From Raillietiella orientalis (taxonomy: Eukaryota), in assembly GCA_036172245.1 (NCBI GenBank), contig JAYWIR010000005.1, positions 372,001-436,000 of the forward strand: a stretch of 64,000 bases of DNA, in the 5' to 3' direction. The notes below the pieces were generated by a model that saw only the letters and a program-made list of their open reading frames with translations, had not been told where the DNA came from and did no database searches. Within the stretch, counting starts at the first letter, position 1. The number at the start of each line of letters is the position of its first letter. Positions 24,576 through 38,290 of the stretch are shown one piece after another. Both the position numbers and the translations under genes were made by a program.

Positions 24576-27500
24576 CTTCTTCGGTGCCCGTGCACCGAGA
24601 TGGTGAGCACGCACACACCGTGTATGCAAATTCACGAAGACACACACGGTGTGTGCGCGAACCTTTCAGGGCAATCGCAAACATGTGCGCGCCTTTTGGG
24701 GGGTCACAATTTCAACGCTACCTGAGGCATACAGTAGAAAAAAAAAAAGGAAGGGCAAGGAAGGAAGCAAGAAAAGCAGAGTAAGCACAACGTGGATCTT
24801 CAGGAAAAAGGAGTACGGAAATCCAGTGTGTTGGGTGTTGCACGTTCACACCGCATCTACTGCGGTCAGCTCTTGCTGGGGTAGGGACAACATGGGGATG
24901 CGCAAGGCACATCATTTGTTCCAGGTATTCGTGTGTGACATGAAATCAACAACTGAGGATTACTAAGCTTGTTGCACTGATGGAGTTTCGCCGGTCATAC
25001 AAAAGGTACAAAAAGCTGTTGCATCTTCCTCCTCTTTTTTTTTTTTTTGGTTTTTTTTTTTTTTAGGCGTCTCACGAGAAGAAAAAACTTTGCGGACGCA
25101 GGTTTGAGAATAATTCACTACCTTATTTAAATATGGATTTCAAACCTGGAAATATAAAACAGCTAGAAAGACGGAGCAGCAACTGCGTTGGGGGGAACCA
25201 TGTCTTGGAGAAAGTAAGGATGTACTTCCCTCGCAAGCTGAACATGAATTTCAGACCAGAACAAGAGGAAGGGGGGGGGGGGGGGGAGGGAATTGGAACT
25301 TTTCTAACAAACTCATCAGGACATGGTAAACGAAACCTTCACAAATTTACTTCGAAAAGTGCACACTATTTGAGGAAACATGCTGGCAATTCATCCGCAT
25401 ACAAATTGTGAATGTACCGTTCTACGATTTCATGATATTCACAAGCTGAATAATTCATTACGCCGACCTTCAACCGATATGACGAGGCAAAATACATTTC
25501 TAAACTGGAAACGTCCCAATAAAATCAGAAAACACAGCCTCCAGCTCCAGTAAAACACCACCCAAGATCGCGCTGGAACTCGAGAGCTCGGTGTTTGCAG
25601 AATATGATGTAAAAGGTTGCCAAAGACAATTCAATAAAGTTTCCAGCACCTTGTTCACCGAAAAATGCTACAGCTCAAATGTTAGGCACTGATGAACTAC
25701 GAACCTCAACGAAAATTAAATACATTTCATTCAGAAATAATACAAATGGTTATATTTTACAGAACTTAATCTCAAATGAAACAAGGTCCATCTTTCATGG
25801 CTGTTAGAAACCCAACTTGTTGGATGGTGAAAACTGCTCATAAAGTAAGCTATCAGCTTCACCTGTTGGAAAAGGATGCAAAGTGCAAAGCATTTCCATA
25901 TCTTACTTCACATGAAAATCTTTCCTAAATGGGCCCATGTACACATGATCTTTTTAAAGGTAAAAAGTATCCATGTGATCAAGCACATTGTACACCCTTT
26001 TGCAAAGCAGAAATGTGATCTTGAAACTACCCAAATAGCACACTTGCTGTACCTTAACATTACCCTAGAAACCAATATTATTCTCAATTGAACCCTACAG
26101 ATAACTGAAAACACTTACTATGCACGGAATTTACTTCATTCAAGAAATCTTAATATACATCTGTCAATGTGTATTTTTTTTTTTTTTTTGCAAATTCTTT
26201 GATTTTCATTAGCACTTAATTTATGTTTGTATTTAATAATCTACTTATTTGCCTTATTCAATCAATTTATCACACAATTTCAAAAAATAGGAGTTGCATC
26301 CATGCTTAAAATACTTCATGCTGAACCTATAAATGTACTGCATGCATTTCATAAAAAGTAATTTACATTCAGTTGCGTTCAATCTTTTTGCTCTCCCAAG
26401 GAGCTTTTTTCTTTGGCAATTGATATGGTATAGAAGCCACAGTGTACACACACGTTTTTTTTTGCAAAAGTCTCTGCTAACTCCTCTTATAATAATAATC
26501 AGCTATTAAAAAGTTTCCTGACAGTAAACAACTTGCATTATACATGAAATCTTAGAAATTTCACAGAATCCAGTATTTATCAAAGTTACAGAAGTTTTCA
26601 CATTAAATGTATAATCAGTATAATTAAAAGGAAACTTCATAAACAATGCATCAAAATTTTTTTAATATCTACCTCATATTAGGTTATTTCTCCATATAAA
26701 ATACATAATTCCATTACTCTATGATTTTAGCATACAATGTGCAAAATCTTTGATGCTTTCAATTTGTAAACCTGTAAGAACAACCAAGCTCTTTCATTTT
26801 TATTTGAGGGAGAAATCCTCATGAATCAAAGAAAGTGGAGCCTTTGGTCATGTAAATTTTCTAAAATACAAGTCAACATTCTCAGAACTGAATGATCTTT
26901 TCATTCTACCAAAAAGCAAACAAAGATAAAATACAGGGATTGTATCAGGGAAGGCTTGGACCTCCAATTAGTTTTAGTTCACAGATTAAATCTTATGGAG
27001 TATTTTGCTTTAGCCATGTTACAAGCAGCGATTAATCAATGCACTCAAGGCTCTGAAGGACATTTGATGAACGATTTTTAGAATTCGAATTAAGCATATT
27101 ATTTAAAATATACTACGACTGGTGGTTGCAAAACGTAGGAATTCAGTGCAATAAAACAATCACTCTGCATGGTCCCTTCAAATGATTACACTTCATCAAA
27201 GTTCACCGAATGATTTTTGAACACAGACCTGGTAAAAAAAACTACACACACACACATTACAGAAATTCACAAAACCTACACAAACAGAACACGAAAACAT
27301 CTGAACGTTTACTCTTCATCATTCTGCAACAAACTGTTGCTTGCATCATAAAGAAGATAAACAAAATGCAGTTGTGTTATCGTATCATTTGTGACATCAA
27401 ATAGGAAAAGGCGAACCGGACGGGCGAAAAAACACACAACACCATTCAAACCACGAATTCGAGGATGCCTTTTCTCACATTGCAAACTTTAGTAAAATGA

Positions 27501-29246
27501 AATATCGAATAACGACTCATAACCGGCCAAGCACCACACTTGCAAGGTGCTCCAACCAAGGAATCATCATCTACTTTGCACAAGGAGGAAATTCCCAGGA
27601 GCACCGTGCAGAAAATGCAACTTCCCGTGTGTTTTGCTTCTGCTCTCGCGGGAGGCGGAAAAAAAAAAAAAAAATCGAAATGCGCGTCCTTTTACGCTGA
27701 ATCCTTTCTGCAAGTACTTCCATTTTGCCTTCCGTTTCGTAGCAGTTTTCCCAGCCGTCCCTCTTTCATCCCTCTGCCCATCGAAGCCGAGGCAAACACG
27801 CTGCACACGGGGAAGACACTCCTCCTTGTTTACCACGCACGTTCGACGTCCCGGATCCCGTTTCCGTAGAAACACCATCCCGAGTGAGAAGAAGTTTATT
27901 TTGCGAAAGTACTTCTCCAGAGAAGAAGAAGCAGTTCACTATTTTTTTGTTATTGTTGTTGAAATCTTCTTAACATCCCAATCAAACGTCCTGAGCACAG
28001 CCTCTTTGCCAATTGAGAGGGAACATTCCCGACGAAAGGAAACGAAGCTCTCCCTGCCTTATTTAGTCTACGGTCTACAGAGTACGTGTGTTTTCTTGGG
28101 CGTAACGCATGCACTTGGGGTGTTTTCCGGAGAAATACTTTAAAACACTTCAAATCATGCAAGACATCACTCTTGTGTGCACTGACGTGCTGAACCATTT
28201 GGCTTTCGTCGACGGTGGCTACACACTACCGCAGCTCATGGGAACGAACCGTCCTTCTCGTTGCGGTTCTGTCACTTGGACCATCCATCGAATCTTCGGC
28301 TAAAACTAGGATCCGGGGGAACAACTCAAGAAGGTGCACACTGTGTCAATATCAATCGAAAGAAAACACAGTGCAGAGGGCACTTCCGGCACCCACAATC
28401 TTACTGTGCAAGTGCCATACAACTACGACCGGTGCTAAAACGACACCATACCGGTAAGCCATTACTGTCTGTTGGATTAAACCTTGAATACTGAAATGGA
28501 CAGTGAAGTGCTAAATGTGCCCAAATTTCACCCAACCTATTCTAAATGGTTTAAAATTTTTGCTGGTGAAAAATAACTACAAAAACGAGAGAATATAATA
28601 CACGCAAATCATTATACGCAGTCAATCATTTCCCCACGTCCCATGTGCATTTTGACTTAGTTGTCATTCAGTGATGTATCTGAACACCCAACATGCTATC
28701 TATCACTGCTTCTCAGTTTGTTGCATCAGAACATCGTATGTTTTCTCCTGAATTTCAACTTTTCTTATTCTAAAACCCCAGTTTCACTTTTTATAGCTGC
28801 CGTTCGAAAAAGAAAAAAAAAACGATAAAATTACCGTCTTGCAAAAAAAAAACTACCAAGACGGAAACTGCGCATCATGCGTTTTACCAAATACACAGAC
28901 ATGTGGCTGCTACATCCATTACACAATCGAATTCAAAGCAAATGCAGTACTGCTCTACAATTCACAGCGAACAATTCAGTCGAACCCCCTAAACAACACT
29001 TAAAACAGAGGTCGCCACTTTCAATTGAGAACTCTTCCAGGAGAGCCCAGTGGTTTTTTAAATTCAGGATTGCAGCTAGAAGTCGATTTTGAAGTATGAA
29101 TCTCTCATACATATCTGCACATGATTGTAGTTTTAAGAGGAAACCTCCTAAAACCACACCCTTCGATCCTCAGACCTTTACATAGGTTGCTGAAGATCCT
29201 GATCTGTCTTCCGCGACGAAAAAAGCATGGATGACTAGTGCGAATG

Positions 29247-30992
29247 CTACTGCATCTCATAAGGCTTTTGTTCTGGCGGCGTGTGAGCCACAGAACGAAA
29301 ATCTGAATCACATGTCATTGCTTCAGCCTCAAATTCTTCGAACGCTGGAACAGTCCTGGTCCAAACAGAATTTCCTGTCAACGAATCGGTTCGTTTCCTG
29401 TGTAGATCAAAACGACGTTGGGAACGATCGTGCCTGACATGGCTAAAGTGAGATAGATGTGTCAGCTGGCACGTGCCTCCGCCGTGGAGTCGTCCGTGGC
29501 TAAATGCTAACCGCAAAGAGCACCCTGGAAGCGTCCTACGTTTGTATCCCCGTAAGAACGCGTCTCGCAGATTAAAGCTGCCATACCCAGCAGCCTGAGA
29601 GGGCGGTCCAACCTTCCGGAAAGGGGAAATCCACACACCGCAGGGCAAGGAATGCCTTCCTCCAGAACAGTGGAGGCGACCGCGAAGACAGTCTGCACAA
29701 AACTGGGAGGTATGGTGGAGGTCGACACGCCAGGGAGGAGACCGTGCTAGAGAGTGACCGATGGCTCGGATGGCTATGCCGGGAAACTCCAACCGAATAC
29801 GGAGTAAACCCTAAGGAATCGGTAGTCCCATGCCATACCCAGGGATGGAGATTTCCAAGCTCCGGACGAAGGGAAGGACTGGAAGCAGGTGAGAGAAGCG
29901 GTATGCTGAAGAAACACAAATCCTTTCTTTCGACGGGCTGCCCTTGCGGATGCAAGCACAAGAAGCCGGAAGGAAAACGAAAGAAGCGATGGTTTTGGAT
30001 CTGACTTTCTGATCTCCACACGCGAGCTCCCCGTCAACAAAATGGTCGGTCGTGATGGAGAAAACGGTGCAAAAGCGGCCGCTGTCGAGAGGAAGTGTCC
30101 ATTTTGGACCTCCCTAGACCCGCTGGTAGCAGTCTCTTCCTTGGCAACCGAAGCATCAAGGGAGCACAAGTCCTCTTCTGCAGTCTTATCGGAAGCAGAA
30201 GCTACCGTCGCCTTGGTTCCCAGAAGACAGGGCACGAGTGTGTCAACGGCGGAGCCGCGCGTGCAAGGAGGCTTTCAGGAAGCCCCCGGGCCCGATAAAA
30301 AACCCACAGGGATGAGGAGGTCAATCCTGCAGAATGCAATTTTTTATCGCATTTCCCCGGCGAGCAGATGCGTTCTTATCTAGCCCGGCAGGATGCAGAT
30401 TAGATTCCGCCACCGCAGCTGAAGAAGCACGGCAATTCTCCTGACGAACGGTAACATCGGCCGCATCCGATTTCGGAGATGCAGAAGAGAAACCGATCTC
30501 CCGGCCTCTTGTTTTGTCGCTGCGCGTCACATGGGCGCGGAAGACGGCGCTAGGCCATTCTGGACGCTGCGGAGGGAGGGTCGGTTTCAGCAACGATGAC
30601 GCGAGCGGCACCGGCGCACTTGCGGGAAACTGAACACCGCTGCGCGGGAGGAGGGGAAGACGCGCCGGGCCACGACCGCGGGGGAGCGCAGAGCGACTTC
30701 CTCCCCGCGAGAGGAGCGGCGGGCTGTCCGCGATCTCGGCAGCGACGAACGAACGACGCTGCCGTTTTGCCGTCGGGGATAAATTTGGAAAGGGAGGAGG
30801 GGGCACGGTGTTCCGCGGGTTTACCGCGCCACGACTTCCAGCCGCTTCCGGCGTTCGTTTCCTTTAAGCCCAGGAGGCGCCTGAGTGTCCCGGGCGCGAG
30901 GCGAACGCCACGTCTCCTCTCGTGTGCGCAGTTCGTAATTCGCTTGTTTTGGCCCGGTCAGCTGGACCACGCATTCTCGCAGCTGTTGGTAC
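29247..30992 (-). CDS. Uncharacterised multi-exon gene (orphan)
   Basis: Exons 29878-29839, 29746-29656 (needs a GC donor), 29594-29524 and 29397-29247 chain in phase to ..LPFVRSLEISIPG|TVSSLACRPPPYLP..SPPLFWRK|AAGYGSFNLRDAFLRGYKRRTLPG|KRTDSL..PYEMQ*. Likely upstream exon MYQQLRECVVQLTG..LEVVAR|gtaaac at ~30992-30825. No family recognised. Confidence 0.33.
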
Positions 30993-31813
30993 ATCTCTAC
31001 CGCCGACTGCACGTCACTCACCCTCCCGTGGATCTCTTACGCGCGCATGCACGCGCACCCATAAGGACAGAAATGGATGCCGGTACTTGCGCTCGAACCG
31101 CGGAGTTACAAGGAAGACGAGCAAACAAAGGTGCACCAGGAGACGGTGTGGGCGCAGGGAGGGAAAAAGAGGTCTCTCTCTATCGTCCAGTATGCCCCGT
31201 TTCCCCCTGCCGCCGCCGCCGCCACCACCTATTTCTTTCCTGCCCTTCGGTCTCGCCTCGTCGCAGCTTCGGTCCTACTCGGCGCGCGCACCTTCCGCGG
31301 GAGCCATGGAAGCCAGCCAGCCAGTCAGCAGGCAGCGAGATGCTCTTTCGGAGAGATCCGGGGCGGAGCCCCGCGCGAGGGATTTCCCGTAGGTGCGTTG
31401 CTAGGCTCTTCGGAACCTCGAGCAGAGGTCAGCGTTCGAGTGCATACGTTACGCTGCTAGCGTGCCTCGGGATGGAAGGGACGGGAGGAACGCGCAGTCC
31501 CCGGTATTTCCTTTTCGTTTTTTTCTGCTTCTTTTTCCTGACCACACGGGAGGTGTCACAACCTGTGCGACGCACACGCATGCGCCGCACGGCACGTGCC
31601 GCAACGCTGGCGACGACACCGCAAAAACACGCTTCGAATTCCGCCGCGGCGTTGCCATAGGCAGCAGCCACGAAGGAAGATGGCGGGCACCTCTCGTCCA
31701 CGACGAAACTTGCGAGAGCTTGCGGAGGCGATAGCACTGCTCGATGCTGCGTCATCTCTCCAGTTCGCAGACGGTGTTTCGGTGCGTGTTTTCGTTTTTG
31801 CCTTATTTGGCAG

Positions 31814-32968
31814 GCTGTTTCCTCCTGCCCAGGTAAGTTTCAACTCTCGTCTCGTCTCCACCGTGATGTGCCACGCGGCGACTCCGCTGATTGGCGCCGA
31901 GAGGAGCTCGGCAGTTAACCGTGACGGCACAACCCCGTGGGTGGAGAAGAGGGGGGGGGGAGGGAGGGGCAGCATTTTAATTTCGTAAGGGGGCGCATGA
32001 AGTGCCCGCACCTGTTTTGCGGAGAAAGCAGCCGCAAGCTTCGCGCTCTCGTGCGGAAGCAGGCACCTCGGTTCCATCAGTCCGACTCGTCACTGTGATG
32101 GAAGGCACAGTATTTCCAAAGGACCAGCCAGCAGCTTCTCAAATTGTGGACTCACCCTGGCTTCTTTTCGGTCGCAGATTGCGCTCTTCCGGTCACAGAT
32201 CGGCAAGTAGCCCAGCAACACTGCGATCTTGCACGCTTCCCCGCGATCCCTCACCTCTCTACGAGTTCCTCTGGATTGGCGGCCATGTCTGCCAGCGTCT
32301 CAGACAGATGCGAAAACTTCTCCAGGTAGGAGCTGCACGCGACGCAGTGCCGGGGATGCTGCATGGCAGCGCACGCCCCGCCTGTTTGCTTCCTTCGCAT
32401 CGGCTGTACCCTCGACGTTTTTTTTTTTTTTTTTTTTTGGCTCCACGATCACCAAGTAAACCGGAATAGTTAAGGAGTAAGGAGGGAGCGGGTGCAGGGA
32501 TTGTCGGTCGCGTGGCACCTGCTTGCTAATGTGCACGCGGTGAGTCTCTTGGACAAGTGGCCTGTTCCTCACATGCTTGGGAAAGGAAACAACTGCTTAG
32601 ATAGTGTTTGAGCACAAGTGCCGACTGGGGAGATGCCTCAACATTCCACAAGGGCCCTCGGCCTTTCGTTTGAAGGACCTTCCACGAAGGAAGCGCCTCA
32701 CATGCGAAAAAAGCAACGGGGTGCTGGTGCAAAGGAAATGATCAGACTGCACACCACCGAGTCATGGCAACCGTACAGCATGTCACTTTCCATTCATTGG
32801 TGCCGGTTTTAGTACTCGCCTGGATTCGATCACCTTTTTACTACCGGCATTACTATTATTAACGCATCACTTTTGCTACTATCGTTAATGCTGTCGAAAC
32901 TCCTGTTTCTAGAATCACTATTGCTGGTATCACTGTAACTTATGCTGAGCGCTCCTCACAGCAATAAA
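31814..32968 (+). other. Possible 3' portion of a plus-strand spliced transcript
   Basis: Strong plus-strand donors CCCAG|gtaagt (31832/3) and CCAG|gtagga (~32324), acceptor cttttcggtcgcag (~32177), AATAAA at 32963-32968 followed by an A-tract. The reading frame is ambiguous. Confidence 0.22.
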
Positions 32969-33390
32969 CGCTTTTACTGAGAAAAAAAAAAAAAAACTCC
33001 ACTCTGAATGCAGCAGCGATCCCCAGAAACGTCGTCGCTCTTGGGCAGGAAAATTTCGACGTGACTACGACTGTTCCCCCTCCCCTCTTTCAAGGACTAA
33101 GGAGCATTCGGGACACCGAGGGAAACACCTTGGGAGCGAGTGTGCCTCCGAAAGTTAACGGAAAGCGTTCACCACCCAAAGCTGGACGTCTCCCTTTGCG
33201 TGGTGGTGGTTTCCTGGGTGACTTTACCACAGCCGGGATAGTCTGCTGTGAGGCGAAAGGCTTGCATGTTTCCCGAGAAAGCAGACGGACAAATTGCGAG
33301 CAATGTCGCCTGCATCCCGCAACATTCCCGGAGATCCACGCATACGGGCGGTGGGTGCACTTTGGGTGGAGAACGAGGAGGGCGGTTCGT

Positions 33391-33414
33391 AGAGAGAGAG
33401 AGAGAGAGAGAGAG
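33391..33414. repeat. (AG)n microsatellite
   Basis: Direct reading. Confidence 0.9.
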
Positions 33415-34775
33415 CACCCTTCTACAAGCCGGAGCTTTTGCGTAATGAGGAAGCGCTCCCTGCTCAGGAATCGGGACACGAACGAAAACGATGCCGCAGA
33501 GATCCCCGGATGGCGCCTCCGGAGATTCCAGGGGAAAAAGAGGCCACCGACCTAACTGAGGGATCACCTCCGAAGCTGGTCGGTTCACGGAGAGGATGCT
33601 CTCCGCCCCTGCACCACAGGAGCGTGGGGAGGTGACGCACCCCTGCCCGTCCGACTTCCAGTTCCTACCTAGTCCTAACAATCTTCCTCCGCCTACCCGT
33701 CCCCTTCATTTGTTACTCCTGTTCGCTCCGTTCTAGCCTGCAGGCAAGTTCTGGTTGGTTCCGGAAGCTCTCCAGGACTTCAAGCAAGGCACTACATTTC
33801 CGCAGGGCATTTTTTTCTCGTTCGCTTGCTGTGTCGTCGGTCGGTGTCCTCGCCGATCAGGCAGCCACCTTCCCATCAACGTTTTCCTGTTAGCGGGCTT
33901 GGCCCAATCATGCACTCACTAGGCCGACTTTACGAGCTGCCGAGCCGAGCTGCTACCTGGGACGCACATTCCCATGGAATTGCGATCCTTTCCAGTGCCT
34001 CCACTGACGACTGATTTTGCAAAAATCTGTTTTGAGCTACGGAAGTATTGGAACCGTGAAGTATACTGACACCGCAGTCTGCAGCAAACCGCAAGTCGCA
34101 CCAGGGTATCCCTGCACACGATCAGCACGTGTAAGCGATAAGCATCAGCAGACGAGAAAGCGTCATTGGACACATCGAAGTTCTGCGGACTGCACCGGGT
34201 GGAGTGACGCACGAATCGCAGCGAACCGCAGCACCCGGGTTTGCGCAAAAAGCTGCACACTTTTCTCGTACTGTATAACACACGATTCCGTTGGTGCATA
34301 AGAAACGTTTCGGAAAAATTCCACTTCACCAATAAACTGGTTTTTCGTTTTACCACATAGATTCTACATACACACACACACTCTCTCTCTCCCTCTCCCC
34401 CTCTCCGGAAAGCTCCTACTCCTCCACTCTGCGAACTTTCGGCGTACTGCGCGGCGCGGGGGAAGGAAAAAAAAACTTCGCCTGCCGCCGCCGCCGTTTC
34501 CGCCCGATCCCAACAATGGCGAAACCTTCGCGATCTTTCGCCGGCCTCCCCGAACGCAGTATCGATTTTCAGGTACCCAGGATGGCAGGTTGCCAAGGAA
34601 ACACCTTGCGCGTTTGCTTTCTGCTTCTGGTCTGTTTGCTTTCACCGCTCGGCGCATTTCTTTTTCTCTTTGCATGTGGCTGCGTTCCTTCTCTTGTTTT
34701 TGTAAAAAAAAAAAAAATCATTTTCATCGAATTCAAGGAAATCGAAATAGTGTGCACGAGTATCCTTGAGGCGTA

Positions 34776-34778
<3 letters not shown>

Positions 34779-34807
<29 letters not shown>
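34779..34807. repeat. (CA)n microsatellite
   Basis: Direct reading. Confidence 0.92.
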
Positions 34808-37800
34808 CAAATCAAATCAAATGAAAGGCATCTGAAACGGATAAGATAGCTCCGGTTTGTTTCGATCTGGCAGAGATAGGTACGTGAGAGGAGTAAAGTC
34901 CTCGACTTCCATAAGCCTTGCGGTAAAGCCTCTCTCTCGAGTGCAAAGAGCACCCGAGCAACTCAGAGCCCCCCCTCCCGTTCGGGCCCCGAGTCATCGA
35001 TCGACGGGCTACTGCCGTAGGCGGGAAGCAGTGGGACGTCTCCGCCACAAAGTCCCACACGCGTTTTGATTCACGTGGAATTTACTTGGACCTTTTTTGT
35101 GCTCGACTCTCAGAGATGGAACAAATTTCCCCAAGGTTCTTTTATTAGCATCCGGAATGTGTCGGCAGCAAGCAAAAACTAGACAACGATTTCTGAAAGG
35201 AACGACTTATAATGGGAGCAAACATGCGCGCTCGAATAGGTAAACAGAAATAGAATAATAGGGCTAAACAGCGAAAAACAAGGCAAAGCAAAGCAAAAGA
35301 ACAAAGAAGGTTGCTGGCGTGATGAAAGCGAGGGACGAAAGGGAACAAGGGGAATTACGCATTCCTCGCATCGGCTTGATTTGGTGCAGGCACCCGAGCG
35401 AACTATTTCCCTTAAAGAATTCCGAACAAACCTTGAAGCTACCACAGGGGCTACCAGACGAAGAAACGGCTTCCTTTGCGTTTCCCCCGGAGCTCACACC
35501 TTAGCAAAAACAAAACGGAAAAAAAGAGCTGACTAAGGCAGACCGTGAAACTGGATTGCGAGGCAGGTTCGAAAGTCCACAGGTCAGCTCGCAAGAAAGA
35601 CCAAAGCAAAGGAAGCCACCACGACCCCACAGTTCGGAGTACCCTTTACACTTTAGCACAGACGGCATGGTGGTTTTTGGTCGGAATCGGAGGGGTTGCC
35701 TTCTGCAAGCTGCTCTTTCTCTCATCACCGTCATACGGGGCTGGATGTCCGGACCTACTGAAAACACTTTTGGCAAGTGGGCAGCCGCGTCTCGCACTCG
35801 TTCATTCACCTGCCCGCGGGCCCGGATAGGTTGCCGCGTCGATGAGACCGTCTTGAAGGAAAAGACTAAAAGAAGAAAAAAAAAATGAAATGAAATGAAG
35901 TGAAGCGGAAGGGTTCTGCGCCGGGCGCACCCTTCTCCGCAGCTTCCATACCGGGTGCGCCCTCCGGTTACTTTTCTGAGGAAGAGTTCCACGGGGGCAA
36001 GACAGAGGAGGGGGCAGTGACGCTGGAATCCGGCAGGAAAAGGGCCGAAGATGGGGCCCGACTTCGCGAAGCGCATGCGCCAACACACCTCCCCGCGGTG
36101 CGGCGGCGGTACGTGCGCTCGCACGCAAGCAGTCGAATGCAGACGGTGACTGGGGGAAGAGGTGGGTCCGTGGGGTGTAATGGGGGGAGGCTCTGGAAGA
36201 CGAGGGCAACCACCGGACGGGCAGGCGCGCTGCAAGCGCCCACGCCGCCCCGAACTTCCGCGGACGCGGAACCGCACGCCCTAAAGCCTTGATCGGAGGA
36301 GGACCACCATCGGAGAAGAAGGCTCACTGGAGGAGATTGCACCGCAGAACTGCCTCCGCGCGCGCGCCGTGCCCTGCCCACGGCCGAACGAGCTGCGCCG
36401 CACGGGCACCCCGGCGGACGGACGCGCTGGCAGGGAGGGATCCGGCACAGCTCGGGAGAGAGGCAGAGCGAGGGGAGAGGTGTTTCCCTGCGTCGGTCCC
36501 CCCCGCACTTGTCAGGGCGGATGGGAGGAGGGGGAGGAGAGGAGCCGGGGAGGAGACCCTGCGGCCAGATGCAAGAGCGATGCCGCGCGAGCGCTGTTCG
36601 ATCCCGTGCCGCCGCCGCCGCCGCTGCGCGCGCATCTTCGCCTCTATGCGAACTCTCGGAGGCGCGTGGCAGAAGGCTCTTTTCGGGATGCACTCTCACC
36701 GGAACCTGTTTCATCCCGGTCGAGATCAGTGTGAGGGGAGAGGAGGTGGAAAGAGCCCACCCGCCATTCCCATGCGGAGGCTCCGGAAAGACTGCGGAGG
36801 GATGGCACTGACAGCAGCAGCAGCAGCATCGGTGACGTAGAACGAGCCACACCCCCAAGAGGCCGCGGCGTCGCTGCGCCCCAGGGTTCCCAGGCCGTGG
36901 GCACCGCACTCTTGCGTTCTCCAGACCCATCGTCTTCGAAGGGTCGCTTCTAGGCACGATTGTCCTCTGCCTTTTTTTCTCCAGCGCGTCCCGGCTCGAA
37001 GGCAAGCCGGTTGAAAGTCAGGATGCCATGTTTTCCGCTCCCCCAGAACGTGGAAAGTTCTGCGAAGAGGATCGATGTGGTGGTGAGTTCTGGGAACAAG
37101 GGACCGTCTGCCTCCTGGAGGACTCGTCACGTCATCCCCCCTTTCTTTTTTTTTTTTTCTTTTAACTTGCCTTCCCCCTCTCCAATTTAGGAGTGAAAAG
37201 ATGTCGGCCGTGGGATGAGGAAGACCACAACGGTCGTTTACCCTTCCAAATCGGGGAGGTACGATACGGAGCGTCCGCGAACGCGGCTTCTCCACGCGTG
37301 CTGGCAAAAAGCGGCAGCTCCGCCTAGTCATCGCGACGAGTCATCCATCCCCTCGTTCCCGGAAAAATGGCGCCGCAAGTGCGCTCTGCAAAGAAAGTGA
37401 CCTCCCTCCGTCCGTCCCTCCCACCCAAGAGAGAGAGGGAGAGGGAGAGAGCGGGCGGGGAACGGAGCTCGGAGGCCTCGCGCCGCAGTTCCGCGCGAAA
37501 CGTGTGCACGCACACGCGAGTGTGGCGGGTAAACGAATTCGGTGGCGTTCCTCTTCCTCTCTCTCTCTCTCTCTCCTTCTTCTTCTCCCTCCTCACGCAC
37601 GTACACACGCATTTTTACCGCACGCACGTTCAAAAAGCACACAAACGTGCGAGCTGACGCGACAAAACAAAACACACACAAAAAGACCCTCTGGCTGTCC
37701 GGCATGCAGTTAAGGCACCTGCGTGGAGCCTTTTTGCCCGGGATTTCGGCGGGAGGAAGCGGCAGCAAACTCCCCCGGCTAACGAACACTTCCTCCCTCC

Positions 37801-38163
37801 CCTCCCCTCAGGCACGCGAACATGCTGGCTTAGCGCGAACACCACCACCACGCGCATGGCAACGGCGCTTGGCAGCCAGAAATAGGGGGAGTCTGAAATT
37901 ACCTGCAGCTATAATTACGGAAATTACGCGCTCTCGTACCGGCAACCGTCATTACGCGTGCCGATAAATAGGTTTCCCAAAGCTGTTTACAGCGTCCAGA
38001 TGTTCGCGGAGGCAGAACAAGGGAACGGGGAGGATTCCCCGGCCTTTCCCCCCCCCTTCCCGGACTCGAATCGGAAGTGCATACCAAAACGCACGTTCCC
38101 ACTTGCAATCCGCAGACTCCATCCCTTGCTTCCCATCCTGTTTCCGGCGGAGGAGGAGGGAGT

Positions 38164-38290
38164 CAAAATGGCGGCGGCGCGCAGCTCGAAATAATCCGCG
38201 GCTGCCGCGCGCAACAATGGAAGGGGCCTAGGGACGGAGGGGCCTCCGAAAATCCCGAGATCGCTGGCGCCTCTCGCTCTTCCCGATTGG
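38164..38290 (+). promoter_or_regulatory. Candidate CpG-rich promoter: YY1/Pho consensus CAAAATGGCGGC plus an inverted CCAAT box
   Basis: CAAAATGGCGGC at 38164-38175 and CCGATTGG at ~38283-38290, in a GC/CpG-rich block just beyond the TMEM198 3' region; minus-strand donor GCTGCAG|gtaatt at ~37901. Confidence 0.3.

Noticed and set aside
660..38075. tRNA-like T-loop fragments (GGTTCGA at ~670 on minus and ~35566; GATTCGAGTCC at ~38066 on minus)
   Set aside because: No cloverleaf stems or A-box at the proper spacing.
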